Shown here: positions 95,550 to 109,400 of the stretch, piece after piece
Numbering within the stretch: the first letter of the stretch is position 1
Layout of the letters: every line of letters begins with the position of its first letter
NCBI GenBank assembly: GCA_029953675.1
Contig: JAMWBK010000008.1
Coordinates: 1,632,001-1,880,000, forward strand
DNA from: Rhodosorus marinus CCMP1338
Lineage: Eukaryota > Plantae > Rhodophyta
Length of the DNA: 248,000 bases
Reading direction: 5' to 3'
Notes under the pieces: model-generated
Told to the model about the DNA's origin: nothing
Seen by the model: the letters and a program-made list of their open reading frames with translations, nothing else
The model's database searches: none
Made by a program: the position numbers and the translations under genes

Positions 95550-96510
95550 ATGTCCACGCGGGTTTTCAAGCTTTTGGGTCTGCCACTGGCCCCTTGGCAC
95601 TCTAATCGCACTTCCCTTAGCCAAAGATGTGAGATTCGTATTGACGGTTGTGGCTACAACTTTCTGGGCTCGTGTGGACTATTGAGAGGCAACCGTACGA
95701 AATGTCACACCTGTCTGACATCCCGAGCGAACATTTGACCAGGGTGCACACGGTTGAGGTTGAATTACAACTGCACCAATCAGCCTCGGCCACTAGACCC
95801 GCCCCCGCGTTGCATAGCAGATCTGCTGGTATCGGACCCAGCCAGCAGACGCTCAGCATATGTGGACCTCGCTGTCTCATGCCCTGGGTCAAGTACCTAA
95901 CTCCCCACTGCAGCTCCCGGCGGGGGGCAGCAGCTTCCGTACCTCGCCGACTGAAGGAACGACACCATTGCCAGTCTCGCGTTGGCAGAAGGTTCCAGCC
96001 TTCCATTTTGGAAACTTTCGGTATTGGGAAGAGTCCAGCTTGGGAGAGGCAGCGGAAATGTTTTACTGACCAACGTGTTGAATATTTGGGACTTCTACGC
96101 CGTTTAAGTGTCGCTCCCCCTGGCGATGTTCTAGCAGCATGCTCGCCAACGCGCGACACCACCGCCTAGGCCTGCACGTTTTTCTCCCTAGTTCCATTTC
96201 CCTTTCCGCCGCGCTGCGTCGCGCTTCAGGCGATGCTAGTAAAACCACTTTTACTGGGAAAGCTTTGGTCATGTGGATAAGTCGGGTTTAGAGTGGTTGC
96301 GGAAATGTTTCGCTGAGCATCCTACTGAGTACTTGGCGCTTTGGCGGCGTTTCAGTGCCGCCCTGTGGCGATATTCTAGCAGCATGCGTGCCGAGGCGCG
96401 TCATCGGCGCCTGGGTTTGCACGCTTCCCTCCCTAGTTCTTAGTTCCTTTTCACGCCTTGCGTAGCGCTTCAGGCTATGCTAGTAAAGCCCCAGTACAAC
96501 CACCAACCGG
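95550..96510 (+). mobile_element. CRE-like family E/A 3' fragments stacked head-to-tail
   Basis: CEIRIDGCGYNFLGSC; two 3' ends with TAGTAAA tails. Confidence 0.75.
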
Positions 96511-97342
96511 TATAAAGCCTCTCGACGGCAGTTCATGCCTACGCGGGCTTCGCCAAGTGTGTGAAACTGAGTACGTTCGGTAGTGACCTTGAGCAGGGAA
96601 AGGTATCGTAATTGGCTTGTACTCAACTGTTCCACTATTGCGAGCTAAACTGGTTTCTCCTAGTCTCGGGAACGCGCATTTCCCTTCCCACTCTCGCTAC
96701 GGTTCGTTAAGTAGAAACTGATGCTCACAAAAAATCTAAGGATTATTCTAAGCTTCTTGGACTACACAGCTCACTTTCGTCGTTCATTATTGAAGCATTC
96801 CGATCTCCGATGGTGGTTGGACCGGGATGCTGTCAAGACTCATCCACGTCGGCCACCACTCATGTAGTAAGATTTGTTGTGCTGCAAGGTTTTCACCCAC
96901 GCCCGTCTGGTTGGTTCCGCTACTTCCGTTCCTACGTGTCTGAGCAAACTCCTGTATTGGGGATTGTCTTCCTCAGTATCTAATCATCATCATAATCGTC
97001 GCACTGAGCTCCCCCCGCAGCATTCACCCTTGTCCAGGCACCAGTACTTGATACAAGCTTGCGGCGTGAGTTGTCGAGGGGAAATTTTATTGGAAGGGCA
97101 CTCTGTCTCCTTTGGGATTTGTGGGATTCTCTTTTGCTACCGTTTTGTTGTAGTGATGTTCTCGTTCAGTTGAACGTGAGTCTCTAGAAGAGATGTCACA
97201 TTCAAGGCCTTCGTCCTTGGGTAGGGTCGTCCGTCTTAAGGGTCATGCTTGAGAGCAGTTGAGATGCATCGTCGGGGATGAAGAAGCTGATTGTGATCAT
97301 TCTTTCACGGGATTCAAGTAGACTTGTTCGGCTTATTGTTTC

Positions 97343-98095
97343 TTGCAAGAGCTGATGGACTCGAAGCTGCTTGTCCCAGGGCTGCTGGTCTTCTTCGCTT
97401 TGGTTTACGGGCAAATTTCCTCTGATGGTTCAGGAGAAACTTGTATGGACTTTCTGCAAGGCGTCAAGCTTGGGACTGTTGAACATCGAGCGCTGTGTTC
97501 TGAAAGGTATTGTAGATATTTAATGGATGAAAAGGGTGTTGAAAGGGTCACTATGTGCGTGGGAAATCGAGTGATTGGGTACGGCAGGAGATGTGTGCAG
97601 ATTCGATTCGAACCAACGTTCCTGACCGATCCGTTGATTCGAGTCCGCGCTGGGATACATCCGAGTTGCGATTTGATTCCCGATGAGAGCGAGGGAAAGT
97701 TCCAGAAGGAAAGATCCACGGAGCAGCAGATGAGGAATATCCACAAACTGTTCCTATGCTTTGATGAAATCCCATCGAAGGAGGATTGTTGCGAGACCAA
97801 TCGATGCCTCATTGTGGAAGCCGATATCCATGACGTCGAGAGTGACGCTGAGGTCACTTCTACTCTATCCGACAAGCGATGCGGGGAGAAGAACAAGGGT
97901 TGGTGCCCTTTACGAATCGGTTGTGTGGATCCTACCCTGCAAACAACAGCCACAGCGACGGAACCGGTAGAACAGGCTCGGGACAGCACAGATTTGGAAC
98001 CAAAGCGTCAGGACGACGGCTTGGGGTTTATTGGGTACGTCGATTACGTTTATGAAAACGTCGATGGCGAGATGAAGAAGTTTAACATTTCTTGA
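97343..98095 (+). CDS. Small secreted protein consisting essentially of one Cys-rich module
   Basis: Signal peptide; Cys spacing matches the modules in the VWA and RTX proteins. Confidence 0.75.
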   Translation: MQELMDSKLLVPGLLVFFALVYGQISSDGSGETCMDFLQGVKLGTVEHRALCSERYCRYLMDEKGVERVTMCVGNRVIGYGRRCVQIRFEPTFLTDPLIRVRAGIHPSCDLIPDESEGKFQKERSTEQQMRNIHKLFLCFDEIPSKEDCCETNRCLIVEADIHDVESDAEVTSTLSDKRCGEKNKGWCPLRIGCVDPTLQTTATATEPVEQARDSTDLEPKRQDDGLGFIGYVDYVYENVDGEMKKFNIS

Positions 98096-98801
98096 TTCTT
98101 GGAGGGTGGGCATCGAAGACAGCCACACAAAACGAGCTGTGATTGGGAGAGGACCGAGCTGGAGAGGAAGACGAACCTTGTGCGGGAATAACCCACAGAA
98201 AATGTCAAAAATTCTCTCCAAAAGAGGCTACGAAAACGAGTCCCAAGGATCTGCTTCCCTCCCCTGGAGAGTTTGCCGACGTAATCGCAGTGTACGACGT
98301 TGGCACTGGAAGCAGTTTACCAGTTGTTGATCAAACGAAATGGGATGTTGAACGTTCGCTGAAGGCGTGCGCAGAGTTTTGTTGAAGACGCGCAACGTTG
98401 ATTCAAGCACATGGGCCGAGCTCAAAGTTGGCAAAGTGTAACTGGAGTAGGACGGAGAAATCTCTCTCGTGGAGAACTGTGGTGGTAGAACCCGTCTTGT
98501 AGGGGTTCACTTCGTGTACAAACCAAGACTTTGATTATGGGTAGCAGCGTGCTATGCACGACACGAACCAGGCTCCTGGTAAGCCTTGCAAACCTTTGGG
98601 CTTGGTTTGTTACTCCGTATTCGGCACTGATCATCGAATCATGGGGAAAGGGGTCATGGATGAGACAGGGGAAACCGCTCGACAGGAGAAGTATGTCCAG
98701 TCTATATTTTGTTTTACTCTTTTCAGGGCGATTCTTTTAAAAAAAACAAGGGGTGGGGGTTGTCTGTCTGTACATTCCACCACAATACTGGCTAGACCTT
98801 T

Positions 98802-99680
98802 TTACGCCATCCGCTTCCAAGAGTCGAGCACCAGCTTCGCGAAGATCCCGGGGTATTCCGTTTCGGGCTGGTGAGCGGAGGAGCCCCCCAGGATCTCGAG
98901 GTTCAAGTTCGGAAAGTAGCTTCGGATCACTTCAATGTAAGAGCGCGGAAAGTAGGGATCCTCACCGCTGAAGACGAGAATGCCTTCGAAACTCTTCAGT
99001 TTTGCACGTAACGACTCGTGTATCTTCCGCAGGCTCGGAGTCGGGGAAATCAAAATCAAGTAGGGTTTCCTGTCCACAATCTTCTTGTTCTTTGACAAAA
99101 ACGTCATCACTACCTGAGCACCCCAGCTCCTCGCCACGATGACAATCTTCTGGTTCGGGTCTTCGCTGATGCCCTCCTCATCCATAAGAATTGAGATTGT
99201 CTGTGCGCCAGTATAAGCAGGAATATGCAGCGCGGTGTCGCTAGCAGTGGAGTTTCCGAATCCAGGCAGATCCATGAGATAAAACGAGCCCATCTTGTCA
99301 AACAGGCCCAGGTTCTTGAACCAGTGTTCAGCGCTCTGTGTCTCTCCGGGTCCATGCAAAGCAATGATCGAGACCTTGGACTCTGGTTTCTTGTGGTAGA
99401 GGTAGTGAATCGTTCCGTAGCGGAATTCGATGACGTTTGACTCAAGCTTGTTTTTGTCAAACGACGGCGCTTCAATATCCTCCACGACGGTGATCACCGA
99501 TTCCATACCTTGACGCATCCTGGGCAATGCCAACGAGAACACGGCGAACACCAGGAGGACAATCGCCAATACAACCGCCCATTGCGATTTGTACCAGACC
99601 TCACGCCGCAGCACCGTCGTCTTGGTCTGCACCCCCTCTCCGTTTTCAACTGCCATAAACGCCGTCGAATTGGCCATCTC
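98802..99680 (-). CDS. Membrane-anchored alpha/beta hydrolase (ABHD14-like)
   Basis: IIALHG, MDLPGFGNS, VARSWGA nucleophile elbow, AHQP. Confidence 0.75.
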   Translation of the reverse strand, partial: EMANSTAFMAVENGEGVQTKTTVLRREVWYKSQWAVVLAIVLLVFAVFSLALPRMRQGMESVITVVEDIEAPSFDKNKLESNVIEFRYGTIHYLYHKKPESKVSIIALHGPGETQSAEHWFKNLGLFDKMGSFYLMDLPGFGNSTASDTALHIPAYTGAQTISILMDEEGISEDPNQKIVIVARSWGAQVVMTFLSKNKKIVDRKPYLILISPTPSLRKIHESLRAKLKSFEGILVFSGEDPYFPRSYIEVIRSYFPNLNLEILGGSSAHQPETEYPGIFAKLVLDSWKRMA

Positions 99681-100540
99681 TACCCCTAATCCAAGGAAAA
99701 CAAACTGCAACAAACGTCACCCCACAACCAAACCAAACACAGAATTGTCTCTCTAAACACTACAACCCTATCATCCCCCCGCCCCGGCCCCCGCCCCCGC
99801 CCCCGCCCCCCGCCCTACCCCAAAAGAAAATCTGAATAACCACCACGAACAGCTAGCTCTCTCCACAGATCCCGCGCTTGGCTCTCCTTCACTCCTTCCC
99901 CTCACTCTCTCCCTTCCCCTTTTCCAACCAAAAGAAAAAACCTAAATATTTAATCCCAATCAAAGGAAATCCTCCTCACCACCCTAAAACTATAGGACGT
100001 GAATCCCAACGCAAAAAAAAAAACTTCAACACCTAGCCAGCAAAGCCACCGCACGGGCTGACCAAAAGCCACCCACCGCAGCTAAGCCACTCACTCAGTA
100101 GCCACCTCAGCTAGCCAGCCAGGAAGCACATCTCTGCCAGCCAAGCCGGTCAATCAGCCACTTCATCTACAGGAAAACAAAACAAAAAAACCCTTCGGCC
100201 AAAAAAACAGCTTAAAACAACGACAACAAAAAAATTGAAGTTTTTTGTCCCTCTGATTTTGCGGTTGCCACTGTGTCCTGTATACTGTGTCCCGTGTCTC
100301 CCCATCCCAAAGGCGTCTCTCTCCCCCCTCCCCATCCACACCCCCGTTGGCCAAGAAACCACTCCCTGGGGATGAATAATGACGGTTATGTCAACAAATC
100401 CACACACACAGCCCCCCCTGCTAGAATACCCGCCTTTGAAAAGTGCAATTGTTTTGGACCTTTTGACTGCGTGAACGGGCAGTTGTTGATGACCTGGGTG
100501 GGTGGGCCCTTTGGGAGAGAGCAGATGAATGGCTGAAGTT

Positions 100541-101010
100541 TATAAAGTAACAAGAAACACAAGGAAAAAGCACAAAACACCCATCTTGTCAACAGGTTCA
100601 TAACCTGTGAGCCCAGTCGAGTTGCTCCTTGGAGATGTTCTTCAGGCCTTCGTGGTTGCATCGAAAACGCAGGATCAGACAGATGTCGCCCAAGCGCTGC
100701 GTGGCCTTGTACTCGGTTGCGTCGAGTTTGAATACCTTGGAGTAGTATTCTTCGAGCGATGAGACAACGCTAGGGCTACTCAGATGGCTTCGAAGAATAA
100801 TACTCCAAGATATTCAAACTCGACGCAACCGAGTACAAGGCCACGCAGCGCTTGGGCCACATCTGTCTGATCCTGAAGCATGAAAGCGTTTTCGATGCAA
100901 CCATCGAAGGCCTGATGAACATCTCCAAGGAGCAACTCGACTGGGCTCATAACCTGTTATCAAGATAGGTGTTTTGTGCCTTTTCCTTGTGTTTCTTGTT
101001 ACTTTATCTT
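100541..101010. repeat. ~220-bp-arm hairpin built from a copia 5' LTR end/PBS/leader
   Basis: Near-perfect inverted arms with a ~30-bp loop; the minus strand of the right arm reads AACA-GGTTATGAGCCCAG. Confidence 0.85.
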
Positions 101011-101339
101011 AGAGTCTCCCTCACTAGTATGACAATGACAATGAGCTTGACTCATATAAGCATCAAACTTGGTTAACCCCAATGCTTCTAAGCACTTCAG
101101 CAACGGGAAACCGCCGGGAAACTTTTTGGGGTGTGTGGGAAGGAGCAGGGGAGTTTGGCTAATCAAAAATACTGATTGAGGCGTTGGAGTCCAAAAAAAG
101201 ACTTGGTATGGCGCAATCTGGGTGATGGTCTGTGAAACTGGACTTTACTAGAGTCTGTGAAACTAGGACGGAATAATTTCCTTAATTGCTTTTTGTAAGT
101301 TGGGGTTCTTCTAAATTTCTCCGGGAACTAGTACCGGTT

Positions 101340-104300
101340 TGTCTATTGATCGATGACCCGTTAATTCAGAGCCTAACTACCCTAAGAAGCGAGAAACAAG
101401 ACGCTATTGACGCGCGTTCAAAGCAGCGTTGGAACGCCAGAGGGTCAAAGACAGCTCCGTGAGGAGGCTATCAAGACGACCTGGGTTGTTGCAAAGAGCG
101501 CACGAAGCCAACGACGACCTAAACTATCAACACGTGCTCGCTTTTCAGGGTAGTTTGGCTCTGAACAAACGGATGGATCAACAAACCCAAGGCACTCGAT
101601 GATGAGTGGAACAAACCGGTATTGATCAGATTCGGAGATCCGTTTATTCATCATCATCAGTCTATTCAGAGCCTAACTACCCGGAGAAAGGAGAAACAAG
101701 ACGCTCACGATGCGCGTCCAACAATAAATTAGCGTTGGAACGCCAGAGGGTCAAGGACAGATCCGCGAGGAGACTGTCAAGGTCCACTTCGTCATGTAAC
101801 CTCCGGGTGGTGTACAGGTGCACTTTTGATCCGCTTATTCGGAGCCTAACTACCCTGAGAAGCAAGAAACAAGACGCTGATAAACCAGAAGAAGAAGATG
101901 ACGGCTTGGAACCGGCGGGTGGTATAAGTCGTTTGCGCTCAAGATGATGCTGAAACGGACGTTGTAGCCGTGCCTTCGAGGCCGCCTGATCAGTCTGTTA
102001 CCCGGTCGGGTCCGGCCCATTCGAGGACGGGTCTCGTACAAAAACCCCTGTCTTGGGACCTACATCGGAACTCGTACGCCACCCTTCTGAGTTCGCCTTC
102101 CTCTCCCGCCTTCGACCTTGGCACGGCTCCGTGGTTTTTAGGGTAGTCTGAGCTCCCACTTCTTTACTGTCATTCCTGCCTACCCGCGGTTTTTTGTGAC
102201 AGACTTCGAGCTCGTGCGAACTTGCGGTTGTACCCAGGGTCACAACCCCCATGGCCTGCGCACAGGGATTCGAGGTTCAAGGGGCCCGGACCGGACGCCA
102301 TACGCGGCTCAACCGCCTGCTTTTCCACTAGCCTCGTTCTCTATCGCTCGGTACGGACGAGAAGTGGAATATCAGGTCCCTCTGGCGGTGGCAACGAAAG
102401 CTGCTGACGAGAGTGACGCCCCAGCGGTACAGCGTGTGGCAGATCTCGATGTAAGCAGCATTTGAGCGCCACAAGGTCAAAGAAAGCTCCGTGAGCAGAC
102501 TATCTAGACGCCCTGGGTCGTTGCGAAAGAGACCTCGCAGCCAGCGAGAACCTACACTATGTATCAAGCCAAAGCATTCAATAATGAGGGGGACAAACCG
102601 GTATGTCACCGCCGAATCGCGAAAAGTAGGGTTTGACATCGCTGCGGCGTACTGCGATTCTTTCACATTCCGCATGGACTGAGCTGCAGCTCCTCGACGC
102701 GCAGCGGACGCAGGCAGGTACCTGGTCGCCTGAGGACAAGGGATGGAGAGGTCAATGTACTCACGGCGACGCACATTTAGGTCAGACACAACGAGATCCG
102801 CCACCCGCCGCCGCGTGCTATGATTCTTTCACATGCCGCATGGACGGAGCTGCAGCTCCTCGACGCCCAGCGGACGCAGGTAGGTGCCTGGTCCCCTGAG
102901 GACAAGGGATGTAGAGGTCAATGTACTCACGGCGACGCGCGTTTAGGTCATTGCTAGTCTCCTCACGGAGCTGTCCTTGACCTTATGGCGTTCCAACGCG
103001 GCTTTATTGTTCGACGCGCGTCATCAGCGTCTTGTTTCTCGCTTCTCAGCGTAGTTAGGCTCTGATAAACTGATGATAATGAGTTTTCTTTGACAAGGTG
103101 GCGCTCCAATTCTGCTTTGTTTGTGGACGCGCGTCATCAGCGTCTTGTCTCTCGCTTCTCAGGGTACTTAGCCTCTGAATAAACGGATCATCATCGTTAT
103201 AAGGCCTCAGCTCCCGCTTCTTCACGGTCATACTGCGTACCCGTGGTTGGCGCTTACCGATCTCGAACTACGTGTAAGCTTACGACTGCACCTGGGGTTG
103301 CCGCAACCTCCTTGTCCTGCTGAGCGGGATTCTCGATGTCCATTGTGCGGGGCGAATGTGCCTTGGGTGATAATGGTGCGCAGTGTTGGCGTCTTGTGCG
103401 GAGGTTCAAGGGGCCCGGACCAGACGCCATACACGGCTCAACCGCTTGTTTTCCCGCTACCTTCGTTCTCAACGTGCGCACGCGTTGATGTCCTGGGCGG
103501 AGGTTCAAGGGGCCCGGACCAGACGCCATACGCGGCTCAACCGCTTGCTTTTCCGCTACCTCATTCTCAATCGCTCGGTACCGACCGAGAAGTGGAGTAT
103601 CAGCTCTCTCTGGCGGTGGCTACGGAAATTGCTGACGAGGATCCGCCACCCCAGCGGTACAGGGGTGGCGGATCTCGTTGTGTCTGACCTAAATACGCGT
103701 CGCAGTGAGTACATCGACCTCTCAATCCCTTGTCCTCAGGCGACCAGGTACCTGCCTGCGTCCGCTGCGCGTCGAGGAACTGCAGCTCGGTCCATGCGGC
103801 ATGTGAAAGAATCGCAGTACGCCGCAGCGATGTCAAACCCTACTTTTCGCGATTCGGCGGTGACGTACCGGTTTGTCCCACTCATTATTGAATGCTTTGG
103901 CTTGACAGATAGTGTAGGTTCTCGTTGGCTGCGAGATATCTTTCGCAACGACCCAGGGCGTCTAGATAGCTGCTCACGGAGCTGTCTTTGACCCTGTGGC
104001 GCTGAAATGCTGCTTTGCTTTTAGACACGCGTCATCAGCGTCTTGTCTCTCGCTTCTCGGGGTAGTTAGCCTCAGAATAAACGTTAAGAAAAAATCGAGT
104101 CGGAGAGCCTGGAAGGGTTTTCTTCAACACATGTCATCAGAGTCTTGTCTCTCGCTTCTCAGGGTAGTTAGGCTCTGAATAAACGTGAAGGAGATCATTG
104201 TCTCTCGCTTCTCAGGGTAGTTAGGCTCTGAATAAACCAAAAGAAGATCATCATCGACCGGGAGGTGGAGTATGAGGTGCCCCTGCCGGTGGCAACGGCA

Positions 104301-105360
104301 AATACTGAAGTGGCTGATGCCCCGGTGGTGCAACGGGTGTCGGACCTACTGGTCACTGATCTGAGTCCTCGTCGGAGTGAGTACTTCGACCTTTCTATCC
104401 CTTGCCCTCACTCAGGCTGCCAGATCTGGTATACCTGCCAGCGTATGTCTGCTCGACGCCTAGGCGCTGCAGCTCGGTCAATGCGGCAACTCAAGGAATC
104501 CCAGTACGCTGCGGCTATGTTAGACTCTACGTTTCGCGATTCGGCATTGTCCTAGCGGTTTGTTCCACTCGTCACAGAGTACTTACGTTTAGTTGATAGT
104601 GTAGGTTCTCGTTGGCTTCGTGGCCTCTTTCGGACCAACCCAGGTCGTTTTGATAGCCTGCTCACGGCGCGTTATCAGCGTCTTCTCTCTCGCTTCTCAG
104701 GGTATAACTACCCTGAGAAGCGAGAGAGAAGACGCTGATAGGCTCTGAATAAACGGATCGAGATGTCCTTGACCTTGTGGCGCTACAACGCTGCTTTACT
104801 GTTGGACGCGCGTCAGCGGCGTCTTGTTTCTCGCTTGTCCGGGTAGTTTGGCTCTGAATAAACGGATCATCAAAGACCCCGAGGGGTCTCATGATCACCA
104901 TCATCCGTGGTCTCCCTGCTGGACACCGACCGGACACCGACCCGCATTTATTTGGATGAGTAACTCGTGGGTAGTAATGAAGGCTGGAGCGTCCCGAACC
105001 TAATCTTAGAAATGTATTGAACAAGTTTCGCAAAAACCAAAGGGTTTTAAGGCAGTGATGCTTCTCGCTCGCTTCGTCGTTTTTTTCCTCGAGCCCCGGG
105101 CCGCCTTGACAGCCTCCTCACGGAGCTATAACTAGGCTTGTGCGAAGTGGGTTGGGTTTTTCGCAGTTTTCCGACCCAGAAGTGGTTAAACCCGCGAAAA
105201 CAGGGGGATTGAGGGGGATATACAGCCAAAAACCCGACCCACTGTGCACAACCCTACTAAAACTGAGTCTCTAGCGTTCGAATGCTGACTTGTTGTTCGA
105301 CGCGCGTCATCATCATCAGCGTCTCCCCTTTCCGCTCCTCATGGTAGATAGTCTCTGAAT
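101340..105360. mobile_element. Dense nest of CRE-like family B fragments
   Basis: ORFs 102328..102804 and 103383..103991 (EYIDLSIPCP..KESQY..FVPLIIECFG) plus about a dozen short 3'-end copies. Confidence 0.85.
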
Positions 105361-105499
105361 AAATTGTTGTTGTTGAACTAAGATATTGCGAGGTAGCTCT
105401 GTCTTGTACGACCTCTCTTTTCGCTTTTTACTAAAGGAGACCGGGCTTAGCTACCAACACTCGCGCATCAAGAATTTTTTTCGTCGCGCAAGCGACTTT

Positions 105500-106490
105500 T
105501 CCCCGGTTTGCACGCTTCCCTCCCTAGTTCTAAGTTCCTTTTCACGCCTTGCGTAGCTCTTCAGGCTATGCTAATAAAGCCCTACCTAGTTCCTAGTGCC
105601 TTTTAACGGTTTGCGTAGCGCTGTAGGCTATGCTAATTAAGCCAATAAAGCCCAGTACCACCGCCGCTCGCCTCCGCGGCATGGGAGGCCATCTTTCACA
105701 TTTGTGGTTAACGGCCCTGCCGTCATCACTGGGTCACCGTCTGGATGCCTTCCAGTTTCGCTCTGCCGCACGGATTTACCTGGGTTTGCCACAAGCTCCG
105801 TGGCATTTCTAATCGGCCGTCTTTCTGTTAGGGATGTGAGAGTTGGATCGATGCTTGTAGTTACCATTTCTTAGGTTCATGCGGACTGTTGAGAGGTCTT
105901 CGTACGAGGCGTCACACTCGCTTCAAGTACATTCTCAGCGAATGTCTGACTCGGGTAGGGCATACGGTTGAGGTGGAATCGGAACTACCCAGATCGGTCT
106001 CAGATAGGGCACCGCCCCGCTGTATCGCAGATCTCCTCGTCTCCGATGCTGCCGCCAGACGCTCAGCATATGTTGACCTCGCGATTACATGCCCTGTGGC
106101 AAGCGCCCATCTCACGGCTGCCGCCCGTCGCCGGGGAGCAGCTGCTTCGGCCCTTCGGCACGTGAAGGAACGACGGTATGCTGAGAGTATGGCCAGCCTG
106201 CCTCGCGCTGAGGGTCGCTCCCACTGGTTCCAGCCTTTCATTGTGCAAAGCTTTGGCCACGTGGAGAAGTCGGGTTTGGAGTGGTTGCGGAAATGTTTCA
106301 CTGAGCATCCTGTTGAATACTTGGAACTTTTGCGGCGCTTAAGTGTCTCTCTGTGGCGATATTCGAGCAGCATGCTTGCCGAGGCGCGCCATCGGCGCCT
106401 GGGTTTGCACGCTTCCCTACCTAGTTCTTAGTTCCTTTTAACGGTTTGCGTAGCGCTGGAGGCTATGCTAATAAAGCCAGTAGGCTAATA
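105500..106490 (+). mobile_element. CRE-like family A fragments
   Basis: ORF 105889..106431 with RH, ADLLV, KERRY motifs and tail. Confidence 0.85.
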
Positions 106491-106499
106491 AAGCCTAGT

Positions 106500-109400
106500 T
106501 GAACTAGTTTTGCGTTAACTTCTTGCCTTGCAAGCCTCCAATCGGGAAGGCTGATTCCCAGTAACCGTGAACGCTTTACTAAAGAACTCCCTATTGGAGC
106601 TGCCAAGAGGGAATATTCTTTAAAAAACACCGAACGGGTTGTGTGGCTACGCTCTACTAGAGGGCGATCTCATAGTTCCCTTCGTCAATTCGGCGTCCCT
106701 GCTTAGCAAGCAGTGAGTGCACCTTTCCTATGAGTGCTCACTGTTTGAGCGTCGCATGTGCTTCGCTGACTTGTGTGGATTGGTGCTGCAAGTGTAGAGT
106801 CACCTCTTTTAAGAATTGATCAGCTTTGTTTTCCCATCCTCAGGAACGCCTCCACGCAGGAGGGCACAAAAACGTCGTCATTGTGGGCTCCATCGCGTCC
106901 CGGCATTTCAACTCCTTAAACTACTCCGCCTTGTGGGCAGTGTTCCCTGTCTCCCAGGACGCGTTGATTAGGTAGGTCTTTTGCAGCGGCGAGCTCGCTT
107001 AACCCAAAAACTCGCCCTAGACAACGTGCGGTTCATCGCGAGACCCTCCGCTCAGGGTTGTGGGGTCTGGGCTAGATGGCGCTGTAACGTTGCCCTAGTT
107101 TTGGAGGCGCGCTCTCTACGCCCTTCCTAGAATAGTTCATTCAGGGACCTTTGCCTCGGGCTAAACCGATTCCGAATATTTGGAAGGCCCTGGTGGTCCC
107201 CGAAGAGTTGCTGATCTTGTCGTTTAGGACGCGGACGGCCCCCGCAAACAAGTACGAAGACCTGACTCCTCCTTGTCCGCTTACCTACGTTACTCGTCTT
107301 CTTCGACTCGAGAGCATCATGCCCCGCCGCAAGGAGATGGTGACCAGGAGGTCCTTACGAACGTCACCACCCTGCAGTCGACTGGGTCACACCGGCTCCT
107401 TCCACTTGTTATTGAGATACTTGGATTCATTAAGAGCTCATGTATGGTCACCTACGGACCTGGTTTTGACTGGATAGCTTTTGTTCTCTTTGGCTTCATG
107501 GCCTGCTTCCAGGCGACCCGGCTCGTCTTGATGGCCTCCTCACGAAGCATCAAGACGAGCCGGTCTTTGATATACTGGCGCTCCAATTCTGCTTCATTGT
107601 TGGACGGGCATCCATCATCAGCTTGTTCTTTCAGGCTTCTCGGGGTAGTTGGCCTCTGAATAGAATGTCTCTCCTGAGCAAAAACAAGTCGTAAAAAAGT
107701 ATCTAAAAGTATTTTAAAAATATTAAAATGTGCTGCAGGTATTGCAAAAGTACAGAAAATTATAGAAATGCGAAGCTGGAATTGGAGCATCGACTTTAGC
107801 TCGTCGAGTGGAGAGCTCATCGACTGCCACCCTTGGCAATTGAGCGTTGTGGTTTCATGAATTCCGTTGGTTTCCTGTTGGGTTCGCGAAGTGTTCCGCG
107901 AGCACCCCGACTGGCTTTGCTCGTTGTTAACCCGCTTGAGTTTCCTGTGGTGGCGTATGCAGGCTGCTTTTGTGGGAGAAATGCGTGACCTTCATCAGGT
108001 TATTCAGAGCCTAACTTTCCTGGAAGCGAGAGACCAGACGCTGATGACGCGCGTCTACAAACAAAGCAGCATTTCAGCGCCACAGGGTCAAAAAAAGCTC
108101 CGTGAGCAGACTATCTAGACGCCCTGGGTCGTTGCGAAAGATACCTCGCAGCCAGCGAGAACCTACACTATCTATCAAGCCAAAGCATGCAATAATGAGG
108201 GGGACAAACCGATATGTCGAGAGGTAGGGTTTGACATCGCTGCCGCGTACTGCAATTCTGTAACGTGACCTTCGAGTTCAGTAGTCTTTTTTTCCGCTCG
108301 GGCTTTTTGTTGGTCCCTGAATCAACACATTGATTCATTCAATTTTTTGCGCCCTAACTTTTCCACTTGCAAATTCGGTCCACCTTTACTTCAAACTAAC
108401 TCAACAGCCAAGCCTGCTAGAAAGGTTTTATAGCTGTTTGCTACTGCTTGTAGAAGCCCACTCGAGAGGTAAGAATGTAGAGAACACGACTAGTTACTAC
108501 TGTATTGGCCCTTTCTTGACCTGTTCAGCCGTTCAGGGTTCTTTTCTTGATTTCGTCGATCGTTCACAACTCTCTTATTTCTCTTCGGACAGCTTCCCTT
108601 GCTCTCATCCCGGTGGAAAGTTAGCTTCCCACTTTGCGGACTCGCAACAAACTACATAAATTTCCGCTTTGGCTGTCCTTTTCTTTACCTGAGCGGAGCG
108701 GAGCCGACAATGTCCCAGTTTCCCAAGCACCTGTATTTACGAAACCTTCATTAAAAATTCCATGTCCTCTGATGGAGACGATCGATAGCCCTCACGACCG
108801 CTTAAACACTTTGACTACTTACGCTCCGGCGGGTGAAGTGGGCGTGCTGGCTTTAATACGAGGTCTTGGTGAGGGGCGCCTACCTAGGACTCTCTCCTCA
108901 CAACTGGGTGACGTTTTCGAGGAGTTAACGACAGCCATGCGGTAGTGTACTGCGCTCGAAAGCGGTACCCAGCCTCGTTATAGCTCCTGGGAGGAGGTTC
109001 TCTCGCCTTTTTGAGTCCTGCTATCGCAGACTCTCGGGCCGCGGCGAGTTTGGACAACGTCGAGACGGTTGCTGGGAACGGCGCCTGTGTTACTGAAGCC
109101 GAACCTATTGTCGACACTGACGGTATCCTTGCCGCAGACGACGGCGAAGCCCCTGCCTGTTTCGCAGACTACCTAAATGACGAACGCCGAGTGGCTGACC
109201 TCGTGGTGACCTGTAACGATAGCCGCCGTACGACGTACGTTGATCTTGCTGCATCTGATGCTCAGGCTAGTCGTTTTTGCCGGCTGCGGGAGAGCGACGT
109301 GGATTTTTGCGGCTGTCAGTGCGAGACGTCGCGAAGAGTTGAAATAGGCGGGGCCTTTTGTCTTCCCCAGGCATTTGTGCTTCGGATCTAGCTCATCGCC

